Virus record (IMG/VR): IMGVR_UViG_3300017528_000567 | Span: 186,001-250,000 of that record | DNA length: 64,000 bases | Direction: 5' to 3' (one strand) | Shown here: piece after piece, positions 1 to 10,957 of the stretch | How positions within the stretch are numbered: the stretch's first letter is position 1 | Layout of the letters: each line of letters begins with the position of its first letter | The notes under the pieces: model-generated | What the model was told of the DNA's origin: nothing | What the model saw: only the letters and a program-made list of their open reading frames with translations | Databases searched by the model: none | Program-made: the position numbers and the translations under genes

Positions 1-489
1 CGCCATGCCGGGGAACCGACCCAAGTGCATCCCCTCTACGCGGGCGACGGTCTCTTCATACACTTCACGGCGCAGCAACTCAGGCAGATAGCGTGCGTAC
101 TTGCTCGCGTGGATGTAATCAGAGAGCCCCTTCGGATCGATCGCTTTCTCATGCAGCTGCCGCATCTCCTGACGGTGATGCCGATACAAGATGTAAGCTT
201 TGGCGACCTTGTACTGATGGAGCCGCATCAACGCGATCTCCACAGCATTCTGAATCAGCTCAACGTCAACCACGTCACCCGGCAGCGAGAGCACCACTGT
301 GGTGACCACCTCGTTGATGGCCTTATCGTCGGCAGCTCCTACGCTATCTACCCACGCGGCGTAGATAGCATTGCGCAGCTTCAAAGGATCGAAGGGCTGG
401 ACAGTGACACCATCTCGCTTGCGGATCGAGCTCGGCTGGTGACTGTAGCTGACATGAGAGCCGTTGTGGACTTGAGGTTGGGCCTGCAT
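1..489 (-). CDS. nrdJ: Ribonucleotide reductase, probably class II, with N-terminal ATP-cone (5' part; runs off window edge)
   Basis: Hand translation (absent from ORF track): MQAQ...IRKRDGVTVQPFDPLKLRNAI...VELIQNAVEIALM...VAKAYILYR (ATP-cone) then SKYARYLPELLRREVYEETVARV. Confidence 0.75.
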   Translation of the reverse strand, partial: MQAQPQVHNGSHVSYSHQPSSIRKRDGVTVQPFDPLKLRNAIYAAWVDSVGAADDKAINEVVTTVVLSLPGDVVDVELIQNAVEIALMRLHQYKVAKAYILYRHHRQEMRQLHEKAIDPKGLSDYIHASKYARYLPELLRREVYEETVARVEGMHLGRFPGMA

Positions 490-512
490 GATTACCTAAG
501 ATCTCCTTGTTT

Positions 513-1475
513 TCATTGTGCCATCGATAGGATGACCATCTCGATCATCGTTCGCTTGAATGGGGAAGACGACTTCACATCAACATCTAATTTGCTGAGC
601 TGTCCCATGTAGCGAACGAGTGACCGCAGCTCATGTTTGCGGGCCGTAGGCGCTACGGCATTATTGAAGCGCCAGAGATTCTGGCCGAGAAGTCCCGCCA
701 CATCCGCCGCTGACATCCCTTTGTCAAACATGCTGCGGACCACGGTTGTGTTTTCGACGTGCTTCATCAGCTGATAGACCACGGCGCCGTACTGGGTTTC
801 GCCCGACTTGGCGCAGACTGCTCCAAACAGCTGCAAAGCGCGTTTGACGTCCTTTGCCATCACCGCCTCAGCCACGAGGCTGGGCTCCGCCTCGGGGGCC
901 TGCGTAGCAATCTGAGCTACATGTGCTTCTGTGATCTCGCCGACACTCCCGGCATAGATCGCAAGCTTTTTGATCTCATTGGCGAGCCGATACAGGTCAG
1001 GGCCTGTTGATTGGTACAGCAACTCCACCGCTCGCTTTCGAATCGCGACGCCATTACGTGTCGCCTCCTTGCTGATGAAGTCGGTGTGATATGCCTCCTT
1101 GTCCCAAGGCTTGCACTTTTTCCATTCCAGAGACTTGCCCTTGCTGGCAACAAACGACCACAGCTCCGACAAGCTCTCAGACCTAACGATGGCCGCCAGT
1201 ATCACCGATTGATCAACAGGGTTGCGCCTCTCGACATAGCGCCGCAGTTCCTTGTTCCCCTTCAGCTCTTGAGCATTGTCTAACACAATGGTCCTGGGGT
1301 CCTCCGAGCTAGCTTCGCAGAGCTCAACGAGCTCAATGTCAGTGAGCCCGTCGCCGTCCAACAAGAGCACGCGGCGACGACTCTGCCTGGTCTGTTCAAT
1401 GTAACGGTCGAGGTAAAAAGGCTCACCGCCATATGCGACGTAGAACGCGTTGAATGTGGATCCCTTGCCAGCCAC
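513..1475 (-). CDS. holA: DNA polymerase III delta subunit-like clamp loader
   Basis: YVAYGGEPFY N-terminus, GPDLYRLANEIKKLAIY, C-terminal LSKLDVDVKSS; adjacent to delta-prime. Confidence 0.8.
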   Translation of the reverse strand: MAGKGSTFNAFYVAYGGEPFYLDRYIEQTRQSRRRVLLLDGDGLTDIELVELCEASSEDPRTIVLDNAQELKGNKELRRYVERRNPVDQSVILAAIVRSESLSELWSFVASKGKSLEWKKCKPWDKEAYHTDFISKEATRNGVAIRKRAVELLYQSTGPDLYRLANEIKKLAIYAGSVGEITEAHVAQIATQAPEAEPSLVAEAVMAKDVKRALQLFGAVCAKSGETQYGAVVYQLMKHVENTTVVRSMFDKGMSAADVAGLLGQNLWRFNNAVAPTARKHELRSLVRYMGQLSKLDVDVKSSSPFKRTMIEMVILSMAQ

Positions 1476-1488
1476 ACATCACCCCGCC

Positions 1489-2436
1489 TTAGACGAACGA
1501 TTCTGCGAGCACGGTCTTGAACTGGAAGGACAGATTGACGCTGACCTTGTTGGCGGTGTCTCGCAATGCCCCGACCTTCCGAGCAAGTTTGACCCACGCC
1601 GCCATTGGCACTTTCGCGCCCAGGGCAACGAGTGTATCGGTCACATCCACGTTGGTAGCCCGCAGAGGGTCGAGCCCGCAGATGAGCACGTCGTGAATGA
1701 CCTGCTCCATGAACTGCGCGGCTAATTCCAGGTCCTTCTTCATGGCATCTACCAAAGAAAACACTGCCCAGAGGTCTTTCTCCACGCTCGCGTGGAGGGC
1801 CTTCACGACCTGGTCTCGTAGGACTAACCTACTAGCGTTACAGTAGTCGATCGCTCTACCGGCCGATCCGTCACCCATTCGGCTATAGACAAGTGCTTTA
1901 GTAGGGTCCTCTTCGGACCGCTGAACTATCGATAGGATGAAGTCATCCGGCAAGCGGCGGTATGTGACTACCCCACAACGCGAACGAATCGTCAGCGGCA
2001 CCCTAGATAGGTCTTCCGCGAGTAGAAAGAATCGAGATGTGACCGGAGGCTCCTCGAGTGTTTTCAGGAGCGCATCCGCTGCTTCAGTCGTGAACCGATC
2101 TGCACCGTCAAGAATGAAAACGCTGAACTTGGAGGCCGATGGACAGTTGTGTGCCTCAACGATCAGCGCCCTGATCTCCTTCACATCGATGTGCTTGTCC
2201 GCAGTGACCACATGAATGTCAGAGTGCAAGTTCCGTTGCACCTGGTAGCATCCCGCGCACGGGCAATTGGCGGCGCGGGTCCCCGTACACAGAATCTCGC
2301 GCATCAAGCAGAGCAGAGAATGTCGCTTACCAACCCCCGAAGGCCCGGCCAACAGCAACGGAGACACGAGCGCGCCGGACGCTACTCGACGCAGAAATCT
2401 AGTCGCCGCCTCCTGGTGTCGAATCTCGGAGAGCAT
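1489..2436 (-). CDS. holB: DNA polymerase III delta-prime-like clamp loader AAA+ subunit
   Basis: GPSGVGK P-loop, Cys cluster, DALLKTLEEPP, TIRSRC motifs. Confidence 0.85.
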   Translation of the reverse strand: MLSEIRHQEAATRFLRRVASGALVSPLLLAGPSGVGKRHSLLCLMREILCTGTRAANCPCAGCYQVQRNLHSDIHVVTADKHIDVKEIRALIVEAHNCPSASKFSVFILDGADRFTTEAADALLKTLEEPPVTSRFFLLAEDLSRVPLTIRSRCGVVTYRRLPDDFILSIVQRSEEDPTKALVYSRMGDGSAGRAIDYCNASRLVLRDQVVKALHASVEKDLWAVFSLVDAMKKDLELAAQFMEQVIHDVLICGLDPLRATNVDVTDTLVALGAKVPMAAWVKLARKVGALRDTANKVSVNLSFQFKTVLAESFV

Positions 2437-2605
2437 CGGATAACAGCAGTCCTTCCGTCCTGACGATCGGGGGCACCTGTATGAACTGCAGCACGGCCTG
2501 GAAGTTGCGGTCGCACGTGCTGCAAATGAATCGATGAACCTCTACACCACTAGGCAAGAGTTGCCCTCGACACTCGGGGCAACGGATGAACCCGTCATCG
2601 ATCAC
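2399..2605 (-). CDS. Small zinc-ribbon protein (start approximate)
   Basis: CPEC...CSTC pairs in the 3' part of ORF 2399..2725. Confidence 0.5.
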   Translation of the reverse strand: MIDDGFIRCPECRGQLLPSGVEVHRFICSTCDRNFQAVLQFIQVPPIVRTEGLLLSDALRDSTPGGGD

Positions 2606-2814
2606 AAGTGGATTCTGCCGCCTACCGCGATCCCCCGGGTCACCTTGCACTTGCAGCACTGATACAGCCGGTGCCCGGGTTCTTGGCCTGAAAGCTTGAG
2701 CTCGATGGCTACGATCGAGTCGCAATCAGGGTTCTTACAACGTATGTTGATCTTTGGTGCTTCTGCCGGCTCAGAGGTCAAGCCGGGAGCGGTTCCAGTC
2801 TGATCTACTCGCAT
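2602..2814 (-). CDS. Small zinc-ribbon protein
   Basis: CKNPDC...CCKC motifs; packed in the gene run. Confidence 0.6.
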   Translation of the reverse strand: MRVDQTGTAPGLTSEPAEAPKINIRCKNPDCDSIVAIELKLSGQEPGHRLYQCCKCKVTRGIAVGGRIHL

Positions 2815-2817
2815 GTA

Positions 2818-3402
2818 TCAAACCTGAGATGTAGGAAAGTCTTTAGGGAAGAGGTGCTGAAGTATCTCCACGAGGCGATCATAGACATCTGGCATTCCAG
2901 ACTGGTCAGTACGACGCGGAGGGGGATTGATCTCTATTGGGTCCGGCACAGGATTTGACGGCTTGTAAGCCGTGCCCTTAGCCTCGCGCCCCACATTGGT
3001 CATTGGCAGTAGTCGCTGGATCGCGCTGTACTCGTCCCATGTGAAAAAAGACAGGAACGAGGTGAACCCGTCGCCGGGCTTCTCGGGCGGCACCTGCATT
3101 GTCCTGTTGGGCTGAGGGGACGGGATCGGATCCGGCCGAATCGCCGGTGGGGTCACCGGATGAAAATAGCCGGAACCGTAGCGAACAAACGGAAAGATTC
3201 TTCGCCAGTCCTCCCCGCGAATCACGACCGAGTACGCCCCCGGATACCGGAACTCGATATACGGGGTGCTCCCCACTACCCCGGAAAAGACTTTCGCGCG
3301 GCCGAGCAACTTGTCGACCAAGGCCTGAGCCACTCTAGGAGCGTCCGAATAGAGCAAAGGGACAAGACGCTGCCCACTCACGGTCTTAAGCCTGGAGTCC
3401 AC
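2818..3402 (-). CDS. Hypothetical protein
   Basis: 194 aa ORF preceded by TTTATG-N13-GTG motif. Confidence 0.6.
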   Translation of the reverse strand: MDSRLKTVSGQRLVPLLYSDAPRVAQALVDKLLGRAKVFSGVVGSTPYIEFRYPGAYSVVIRGEDWRRIFPFVRYGSGYFHPVTPPAIRPDPIPSPQPNRTMQVPPEKPGDGFTSFLSFFTWDEYSAIQRLLPMTNVGREAKGTAYKPSNPVPDPIEINPPPRRTDQSGMPDVYDRLVEILQHLFPKDFPTSQV

Positions 3403-3425
3403 ACTAGGGCCGAAGCATAAAACCG

Positions 3426-5433
<2,008 letters not shown>

Positions 5434-5463
5434 CCCTCCGGCTACACCAGGAGGTGACCAGCC

Positions 5464-5859
5464 CTACGCGTCGGGCGATAAACCGATCTGCGGGGCAGCG
5501 CTCGCCGCTTGCTGCCGGTTGTGGCGACGCAACGCATATCCCGCTTCCCGGGTGTAAAACAAAAAAAGGTTGCGTGCGTAGTTGGCCGTATTCCGCTGGT
5601 TTCCCGCCGCCTGCGCCTCACGCCACTGCAACCAATACCCATGCGCTTTAAGGGCGAGCTTCCCCACGCGAGGCGGCACGCTGACACCACCTTGGTGTTG
5701 AGTCAGCTGCCATTGCTCGCGCCGAGACCAGGCTGCGATCCTTCTCTGTGCCAGCCGGCGTCTCGACTCGCTGGTTTCAATTGCAGCGCGCCGCTCCGTT
5801 TTTTCGATATACCAGCGGTACATTTGCGCGGCGAGAAAATGATAGCTGAGTGCTTCCAT
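5464..5859 (-). CDS. Hypothetical basic protein
   Basis: 131 aa ORF on the coding strand. Confidence 0.45.
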   Translation of the reverse strand: MEALSYHFLAAQMYRWYIEKTERRAAIETSESRRRLAQRRIAAWSRREQWQLTQHQGGVSVPPRVGKLALKAHGYWLQWREAQAAGNQRNTANYARNLFLFYTREAGYALRRHNRQQAASAAPQIGLSPDA

Positions 5860-5905
5860 AGCGGTCGTGTTCGTACGCTAACATGACCCGGAGGCCTCGC
5901 TTCGC

Positions 5906-7309
5906 TCAATCCGTGCCCTTCAAATTAGCCACGGGATAGAGCCGGCTCCGGACCGTCGCGATCCTCTCCGCCTCCAGCACCGCAAGGACTTCATCAAGGT
6001 CCTTGTAGACGTGGCCGCACTCGTCCAGCGGCGTGTGCCGATGGTTGCCGATGATGCCCTCGACCATCGTACCGCCGAAGGAGCGCTGCACATTGGCCAT
6101 CTCGTCATCGATGTACTTCTGCTTGTGCTCCAGCTTCCGCTTTGCCTCACCCCGCGCAAGCAGCCGCCCAGACCCATGGTTCACAGAGCAAGCCGACTTG
6201 TGAGCCTCGGAACCGGGGAAAAGGATTGCCGCGCCCTCGTACATCGAGCCAGGAATCAAACATGGGTGTCCCGTCGCCTCCCAAACCGTGCCCATCAGGT
6301 CCGGGTGCCCCGCGGGGAACGCACGGGTCGAGCCCTTGCGATGAACAAAGCCCTTTCTATGCGTCCCGTCCGGCAACACGAGTGTCTCCTGTTGCACCAG
6401 GTTGTGCGAGATCTCGAAATAGACCTCAAGATCCGCGTTGAAGACCTCCTGCGTTGCTTCTCTCACGCCTTCGACGATCAAGTGCCGATTGGCTACCGCA
6501 AAGTTTGCCGCCGAGTTGTGATGCGCCCAGTACTCCTGTCCGAGCGGCTCGTCCATGCGTAGCCAGGATTCTTCGCGGCGGTTCTTTGCCAACCCGCGCA
6601 GCTCCGCACCTGCATAGAAGAAGTGGTTAGCCGTCTGCCACCCGTAACCGCGTGACCCGCAATGCACCATCACCCAAACTTCGCCGGTGTCCCGGTCACA
6701 CTGCATCTCGATGAAATGGTTGCCGCCGCCGACCGAGCCCAGCTGGTCCGAGACCTTGTCGTAGGCCTTCTCGATCTTGTGAAGGTCGAGCGTGTCCGGG
6801 ATTGGGATAAATCTCCGCTCACACAGAGCCTCATCAACCCCGAGCGCCTTCGCCCCATAACGCAGGATCTCATCCGCCTTGTTCTGCGAAAAACGCTTCA
6901 TCAGCGCGGGGCGATTATGTCCCACCCCCGTCGCGACTCGCTTCTCAACTTCATCGATCCACTCGCGCCGCTTGTGCTTGCTCTTGACGGATCCAGCCGA
7001 AAGGTGCGCCTTCATGTACAGAACCCCACAAGAGATGTCGTAGCCAGACCCGCCCTGGATGACGGTATCCTCCGTCACAATCACTGACCCCACGGGCACA
7101 CCGTAGCCAACATGGCAATCGGGAAGCAGGTACGCTCCAATCACACCTTCATAAGACGCCCCATTGGCGATCTGTTGCCACACACCCTCTTCTGACGCCG
7201 CGTAGAGCTCATCAGACAGGAAAGCATGCGCCTCCGTTCGCATGGTGCCGACTCTAGGAAGGACATAATGCGCATCACCAACTTTGTAGGCCTGGTACTT
7301 GAAAGACAT
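5906..7309 (-). CDS. rtcB: RNA-splicing/repair ligase RtcB
   Basis: PDCHVGYGVPVG, GYDISCG, GGGNHFIE, HCGSRG, HRKG, PGSM, HGSGR, DE..YK motifs; start set at MSFKY. Confidence 0.95.
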   Translation of the reverse strand: MSFKYQAYKVGDAHYVLPRVGTMRTEAHAFLSDELYAASEEGVWQQIANGASYEGVIGAYLLPDCHVGYGVPVGSVIVTEDTVIQGGSGYDISCGVLYMKAHLSAGSVKSKHKRREWIDEVEKRVATGVGHNRPALMKRFSQNKADEILRYGAKALGVDEALCERRFIPIPDTLDLHKIEKAYDKVSDQLGSVGGGNHFIEMQCDRDTGEVWVMVHCGSRGYGWQTANHFFYAGAELRGLAKNRREESWLRMDEPLGQEYWAHHNSAANFAVANRHLIVEGVREATQEVFNADLEVYFEISHNLVQQETLVLPDGTHRKGFVHRKGSTRAFPAGHPDLMGTVWEATGHPCLIPGSMYEGAAILFPGSEAHKSACSVNHGSGRLLARGEAKRKLEHKQKYIDDEMANVQRSFGGTMVEGIIGNHRHTPLDECGHVYKDLDEVLAVLEAERIATVRSRLYPVANLKGTD

Positions 7310-7320
7310 GACCCGACTCC

Positions 7321-7355
7321 AAAAGAAAAGGGGCGATGACTCGCGCCACCGCCCC
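7321..7355 (-). terminator. Intrinsic terminator-like hairpin
   Basis: GGGGCGGTGGCGCGAGTCATCGCCCC followed by TTTTCTTTT. Confidence 0.6.
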
Positions 7356-7378
7356 AGCATACTACAGTTTAGGAAAGG

Positions 7379-8959
7379 CTACCAACGCTTTGACTTTTGA
7401 CTGATCTTCCGCTTCTTAGGCTTTTCGGCAGGCAGCTTGTTATCTGCAACCGCGTCCAGTGGCTGGACAACCCATGGCATGGCTCCTGTGGTCAAGGTGC
7501 CAGCCCACGCCGCTGCATCATTCGACCCGCCTGCAATCTGAAAGTCCGCAAGAGCATCGCTGATGCTGAGATGGCCGGTCGGCAAACCTGTATCAGCGAC
7601 ATGGACATCGGGACCTGCGAACGTGGCAGAGACCGTTGCCTGCGATGAGTTCGTCAAGTTGACGCCCAGCGACTGCAGGTCCTGAGCGGCAGACGTCTCA
7701 TAGGTGCCGCTATACCCCCGAGTGCCGCCCCGTGTGACGCTAGCCCGATATGCCTGACTGCCAATATAGCTGTCTCGCGAGCGCAGCTGATCACCGATGT
7801 TCGTAGCCACGTTCCCGAGTCCAACGAGACCACGCGTCGTCACGTCCGTGGAAATAGTATTCATGACGCTCTGCGCACTGATGAAGTCGCCGCGCTTAGC
7901 GTGATCCTCAGCCTCAAGCTGTGCCCGGACCAGTTGAGCCAAGCCTACAACCTGGTCGAGCTCCGGGGTCGGGGTCTCCTGGTGCTCGCCGGCCTTGACG
8001 AACTGCACCTTCGCATTCGTTCCGAGGCTCTTGTGCTCGCGCCGGAGGTTGGCGTCCAAGACGTCGTAGCCGGCCTGGATATTGAACACGTTGACCTCGC
8101 GCGGGAGGGCGGACTTCTGTGCCTGCAACTTCACTGCGAGCACGAAATTCCGCGTCTCACCGGCCAGGATGTCAGACACCTTGAGCTTGACTTGGCCCGT
8201 CTCCTCCTCGTCGGCATCCACGTCCGTGATGACTTGGGTGACCTCATGGCCAGCGAGTGGGCCGATGGCAACCGTCAAATTTGTCGCGTACGTGCTCAGT
8301 AAGCCGCCGAGCTCCTTGCCGAACGCCGTGAGCGCATCGTCCGGATTCTCGACGAATGAATAGTTGCCGTTGCCCGCCTTGGACAGATCCGAAAGAAAGT
8401 CCTGAACCGCATCCTTGCCGTAACCAAAGGCACTGACCGACGCGATCCCGATATTGGGCTTCACCAGGGCAAGGAGCTCCGGCGGGGTCTTGGCCGGACC
8501 TGTGTTGGCCGCCCCATCCGTGAACAAGATGACGCGGGTGATCACCTCACTCGGCAAATCCATGTTGTTCGCGACACGGAAGCCTTCCAGCAAGGCATCG
8601 GCGATGTTCGTGGCGCCACTGAGCGTGAGCCCCTGCACCTTGCGTTTGAGGTCTTCCTTGGCCTCCGGCGTGCACTTCACAGGCTTTGACAACGTCTGCG
8701 CCGAATACGAAAACGCGATCAACCCGCAGTAGTCATTCGCGGAGAGATGATCGATGAGCTTGATCAAAGAGCGCTTCGCATACAGAAGCTTTGCGCCTTC
8801 CATCGAAGGGGATACGTCGATTAGTGGAACGATGCAGAGCGACGGGCGCTTCTCTTCGTTCGTGGTTGCCTCGGGGGCCGAGACGGTGACCACCAAATGG
8901 GCGGCCGTCTCTTGGTCAAAACGGACCTTACCGTATGTGAGTCTAGCTTCTACTTTCAT
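7379..8959 (-). CDS. von Willebrand factor A domain protein
   Basis: MIDAS DVSPSM, GATNI, ILFTDG motifs. Confidence 0.9.
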   Translation of the reverse strand: MKVEARLTYGKVRFDQETAAHLVVTVSAPEATTNEEKRPSLCIVPLIDVSPSMEGAKLLYAKRSLIKLIDHLSANDYCGLIAFSYSAQTLSKPVKCTPEAKEDLKRKVQGLTLSGATNIADALLEGFRVANNMDLPSEVITRVILFTDGAANTGPAKTPPELLALVKPNIGIASVSAFGYGKDAVQDFLSDLSKAGNGNYSFVENPDDALTAFGKELGGLLSTYATNLTVAIGPLAGHEVTQVITDVDADEEETGQVKLKVSDILAGETRNFVLAVKLQAQKSALPREVNVFNIQAGYDVLDANLRREHKSLGTNAKVQFVKAGEHQETPTPELDQVVGLAQLVRAQLEAEDHAKRGDFISAQSVMNTISTDVTTRGLVGLGNVATNIGDQLRSRDSYIGSQAYRASVTRGGTRGYSGTYETSAAQDLQSLGVNLTNSSQATVSATFAGPDVHVADTGLPTGHLSISDALADFQIAGGSNDAAAWAGTLTTGAMPWVVQPLDAVADNKLPAEKPKKRKISQKSKRW

Positions 8960-9164
8960 GGCCTATGCCTCTCGTTGCCGTCTGGCTATGCACTCGAGCG
9001 ACGCGGGACTGGACGGCCCCCAAAATCGGCGCGAGCGAACAGCTGGTTTTCAGAACGTCCTCTGGCAAACCCAAACCCCAGGGGGCGCGGTCAACCAGTA
9101 CGAAAAGCCCAAAACCCAAAGGCGCGGCCTCACGTGCAGATCTCTACACCAACTCCAACAAGAG

Positions 9165-9205
9165 AAACGCAAAAGGGGCGCCGGGGCTACTAACCCCGAC
9201 GCCCA
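9165..9205 (-). terminator. Intrinsic terminator-like hairpin
   Basis: GGGCGTCGGGGTTAGTAGCCCCGGCGCCC then CTTTTGCGTTT, right after the stop of 9212..10015. Confidence 0.6.
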
Positions 9206-9211
9206 CAAGTG

Positions 9212-10015
9212 CTACCCGATCTCGCTCAGACGCTCATTCAAACGCTCGCGCCGGATCACTCGAGAACCGACCTGCTCCCGGCGATGGGCAACACGAGCTC
9301 CCCCGTGCGTCTCAACCAACTCGTTGATCCCATATCCCTTATCGAGTTCCCAGCGGTAGAACTCGTGGAGCTGGTATTTGGTGGGTGGGTAATGCTTGCA
9401 GCGGACCCAATCCTTAAGCACAAGATCATACAAGGGTGCGAACCCAGCGTCGGCTCCGGGCAACGCCTTGTACCAAACCCGGTACCACACCGCATCGATC
9501 TTGTAGTATGCGCTCTGCTCGTCGATCACGATGCCAATGGGCTTGGGCTTGGGCCGCTTCCGGGACTTAGCCGGGACCTGCCGAAGAAACCCGAGCCGGT
9601 CAACATAGAAGCCCTCATTGCGGCTCCGCGTGATCGGCGACGGCTTGTTCCGCCAGAAAAAGCTTAGGTGGGGCGGGTAGCAGGGCACATTGCCGTCCCA
9701 CACGGGCTTGAGGATCACAAAGTCGCGCAGCACGTGGAGTTTCACGTGGTCGACGACCGCCCCTCCGCCGCTCAGTGACGAGCTCAATTCAGAGAACACC
9801 TTGTCCCAAGGACGGCCCACGCTCTTGCGCAGGAACCCCTTGATGGGCGCGAAGTACTCCCCGAATTCCTTCCGTTCAAAATAGAGCCGTCGCATCCCCA
9901 GCTTGGCCGGGGCCTCTTCAGGGTCGCGATTAGCGATGCGCCGGTGCTCGCGGTAGAGTTCCCCTGCGTTGTGCCGGGGGTGCTCCACGAGCAACTGCGC
10001 CATGTCTTTACGCAT
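9212..10015 (-). CDS. Conserved-looking basic hypothetical protein
   Basis: 267 aa, GGAGG RBS, FLRKSVGRPWDKVFSE motif. Confidence 0.75.
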   Translation of the reverse strand: MRKDMAQLLVEHPRHNAGELYREHRRIANRDPEEAPAKLGMRRLYFERKEFGEYFAPIKGFLRKSVGRPWDKVFSELSSSLSGGGAVVDHVKLHVLRDFVILKPVWDGNVPCYPPHLSFFWRNKPSPITRSRNEGFYVDRLGFLRQVPAKSRKRPKPKPIGIVIDEQSAYYKIDAVWYRVWYKALPGADAGFAPLYDLVLKDWVRCKHYPPTKYQLHEFYRWELDKGYGINELVETHGGARVAHRREQVGSRVIRRERLNERLSEIG

Positions 10016-10032
10016 AGTTGCCTCCAGGTTAA

Positions 10033-10098
10033 CTACAAATGACCAGGCTCGAAGCCAGGCATTGTGTTGCCAACCGGGAACATGAGAGCGATGCGCAT
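10033..10098 (-). CDS. Putative 21-aa leader peptide MRIALMFPVGNTMPGFEPGHL
   Basis: AGGAG RBS; stop 17 nt before the downstream start. Confidence 0.4.
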   Translation of the reverse strand: MRIALMFPVGNTMPGFEPGHL

Positions 10099-10170
10099 GG
10101 GTAGCTCCTAAGGGGACTTTGTATAGCCCAGTAAAGGGACGGGCACAAGCTCAATACCAAGAATGGGACA

Positions 10171-10932
10171 CTAGAAGAGCCGTCCCTGTCTGTCCATCGC
10201 AGCATACACCGCACTGAGCACGCGGCGCTTGTTGGCAGGGGTCAAGAACGGCCCGATCTCCCTCCACGTGGCGGACACCTTGAGCCCGGTGTCAACGAGC
10301 TTCCGATTGTTACCGCCGGCATAGTCACGGATCGTGTCGAGCCCGACGTAATGCAGGACCTCATCCGCCACTTGCTGCATGAAGGCACGGACCTCCTTCG
10401 GGTCGTTGTAGTAATCCCGACGGTCGAGGTTCTCCGGATCGTACCCCGGCTTTTTCTTGAACATGGCCTCCGCGGCATGCGTGAGCTCATGAATCAGCAG
10501 GGAGTACAGCCCATATTGGATGTTCTGGTCCAAGCGGTTCGGCGACATTCGATGCTTCAGATAGTCGTGTGCGCTGACACCAGCGTTGAGCCAGGCGTGA
10601 ACGCCAATCTTAAACTCGCCCCGATCCTCGTGTACCTCGGTGACCGCGCCGCCGATCACTGCGTCTCGCGACTGCGATGCCTTGCTTATGACAAACACTT
10701 GCGCTTCGATGAACTCCGCATGGGGGAAACTGCGCGACCGACTTCGCACAGTTTCGATTTCAATCACCCCCTTCGCAATCCGCCTGCCCGCGCCGATCGG
10801 CTCATTCGGGTCCGGGTGGGCACGTAGCCAATGCTCGATATCCGGCATCAAATCATTGGCAACGAAGTGCTGGACCTGGTGAAGGTCGACGCGGACCGTG
10901 CCCGATCCGCGTCGATAGTCATAACGCCACAT
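10171..10932 (-). CDS. HExxH zinc-metallopeptidase-like protein
   Basis: LIHELTHAAE and YYNDPKEVRAF. Confidence 0.65.
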   Translation of the reverse strand: MWRYDYRRGSGTVRVDLHQVQHFVANDLMPDIEHWLRAHPDPNEPIGAGRRIAKGVIEIETVRSRSRSFPHAEFIEAQVFVISKASQSRDAVIGGAVTEVHEDRGEFKIGVHAWLNAGVSAHDYLKHRMSPNRLDQNIQYGLYSLLIHELTHAAEAMFKKKPGYDPENLDRRDYYNDPKEVRAFMQQVADEVLHYVGLDTIRDYAGGNNRKLVDTGLKVSATWREIGPFLTPANKRRVLSAVYAAMDRQGRLF

Positions 10933-10957
10933 GCCAGAGCCAGGCTACAAGCTGATC

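Noticed and set aside
25-612. 195-aa plus-strand ORF and many similar antisense ORFs (e.g. 52133..53272, 26677..27348, 37199..37921)
   Set aside because: Shadow frames of well-supported minus-strand genes in GC-rich DNA
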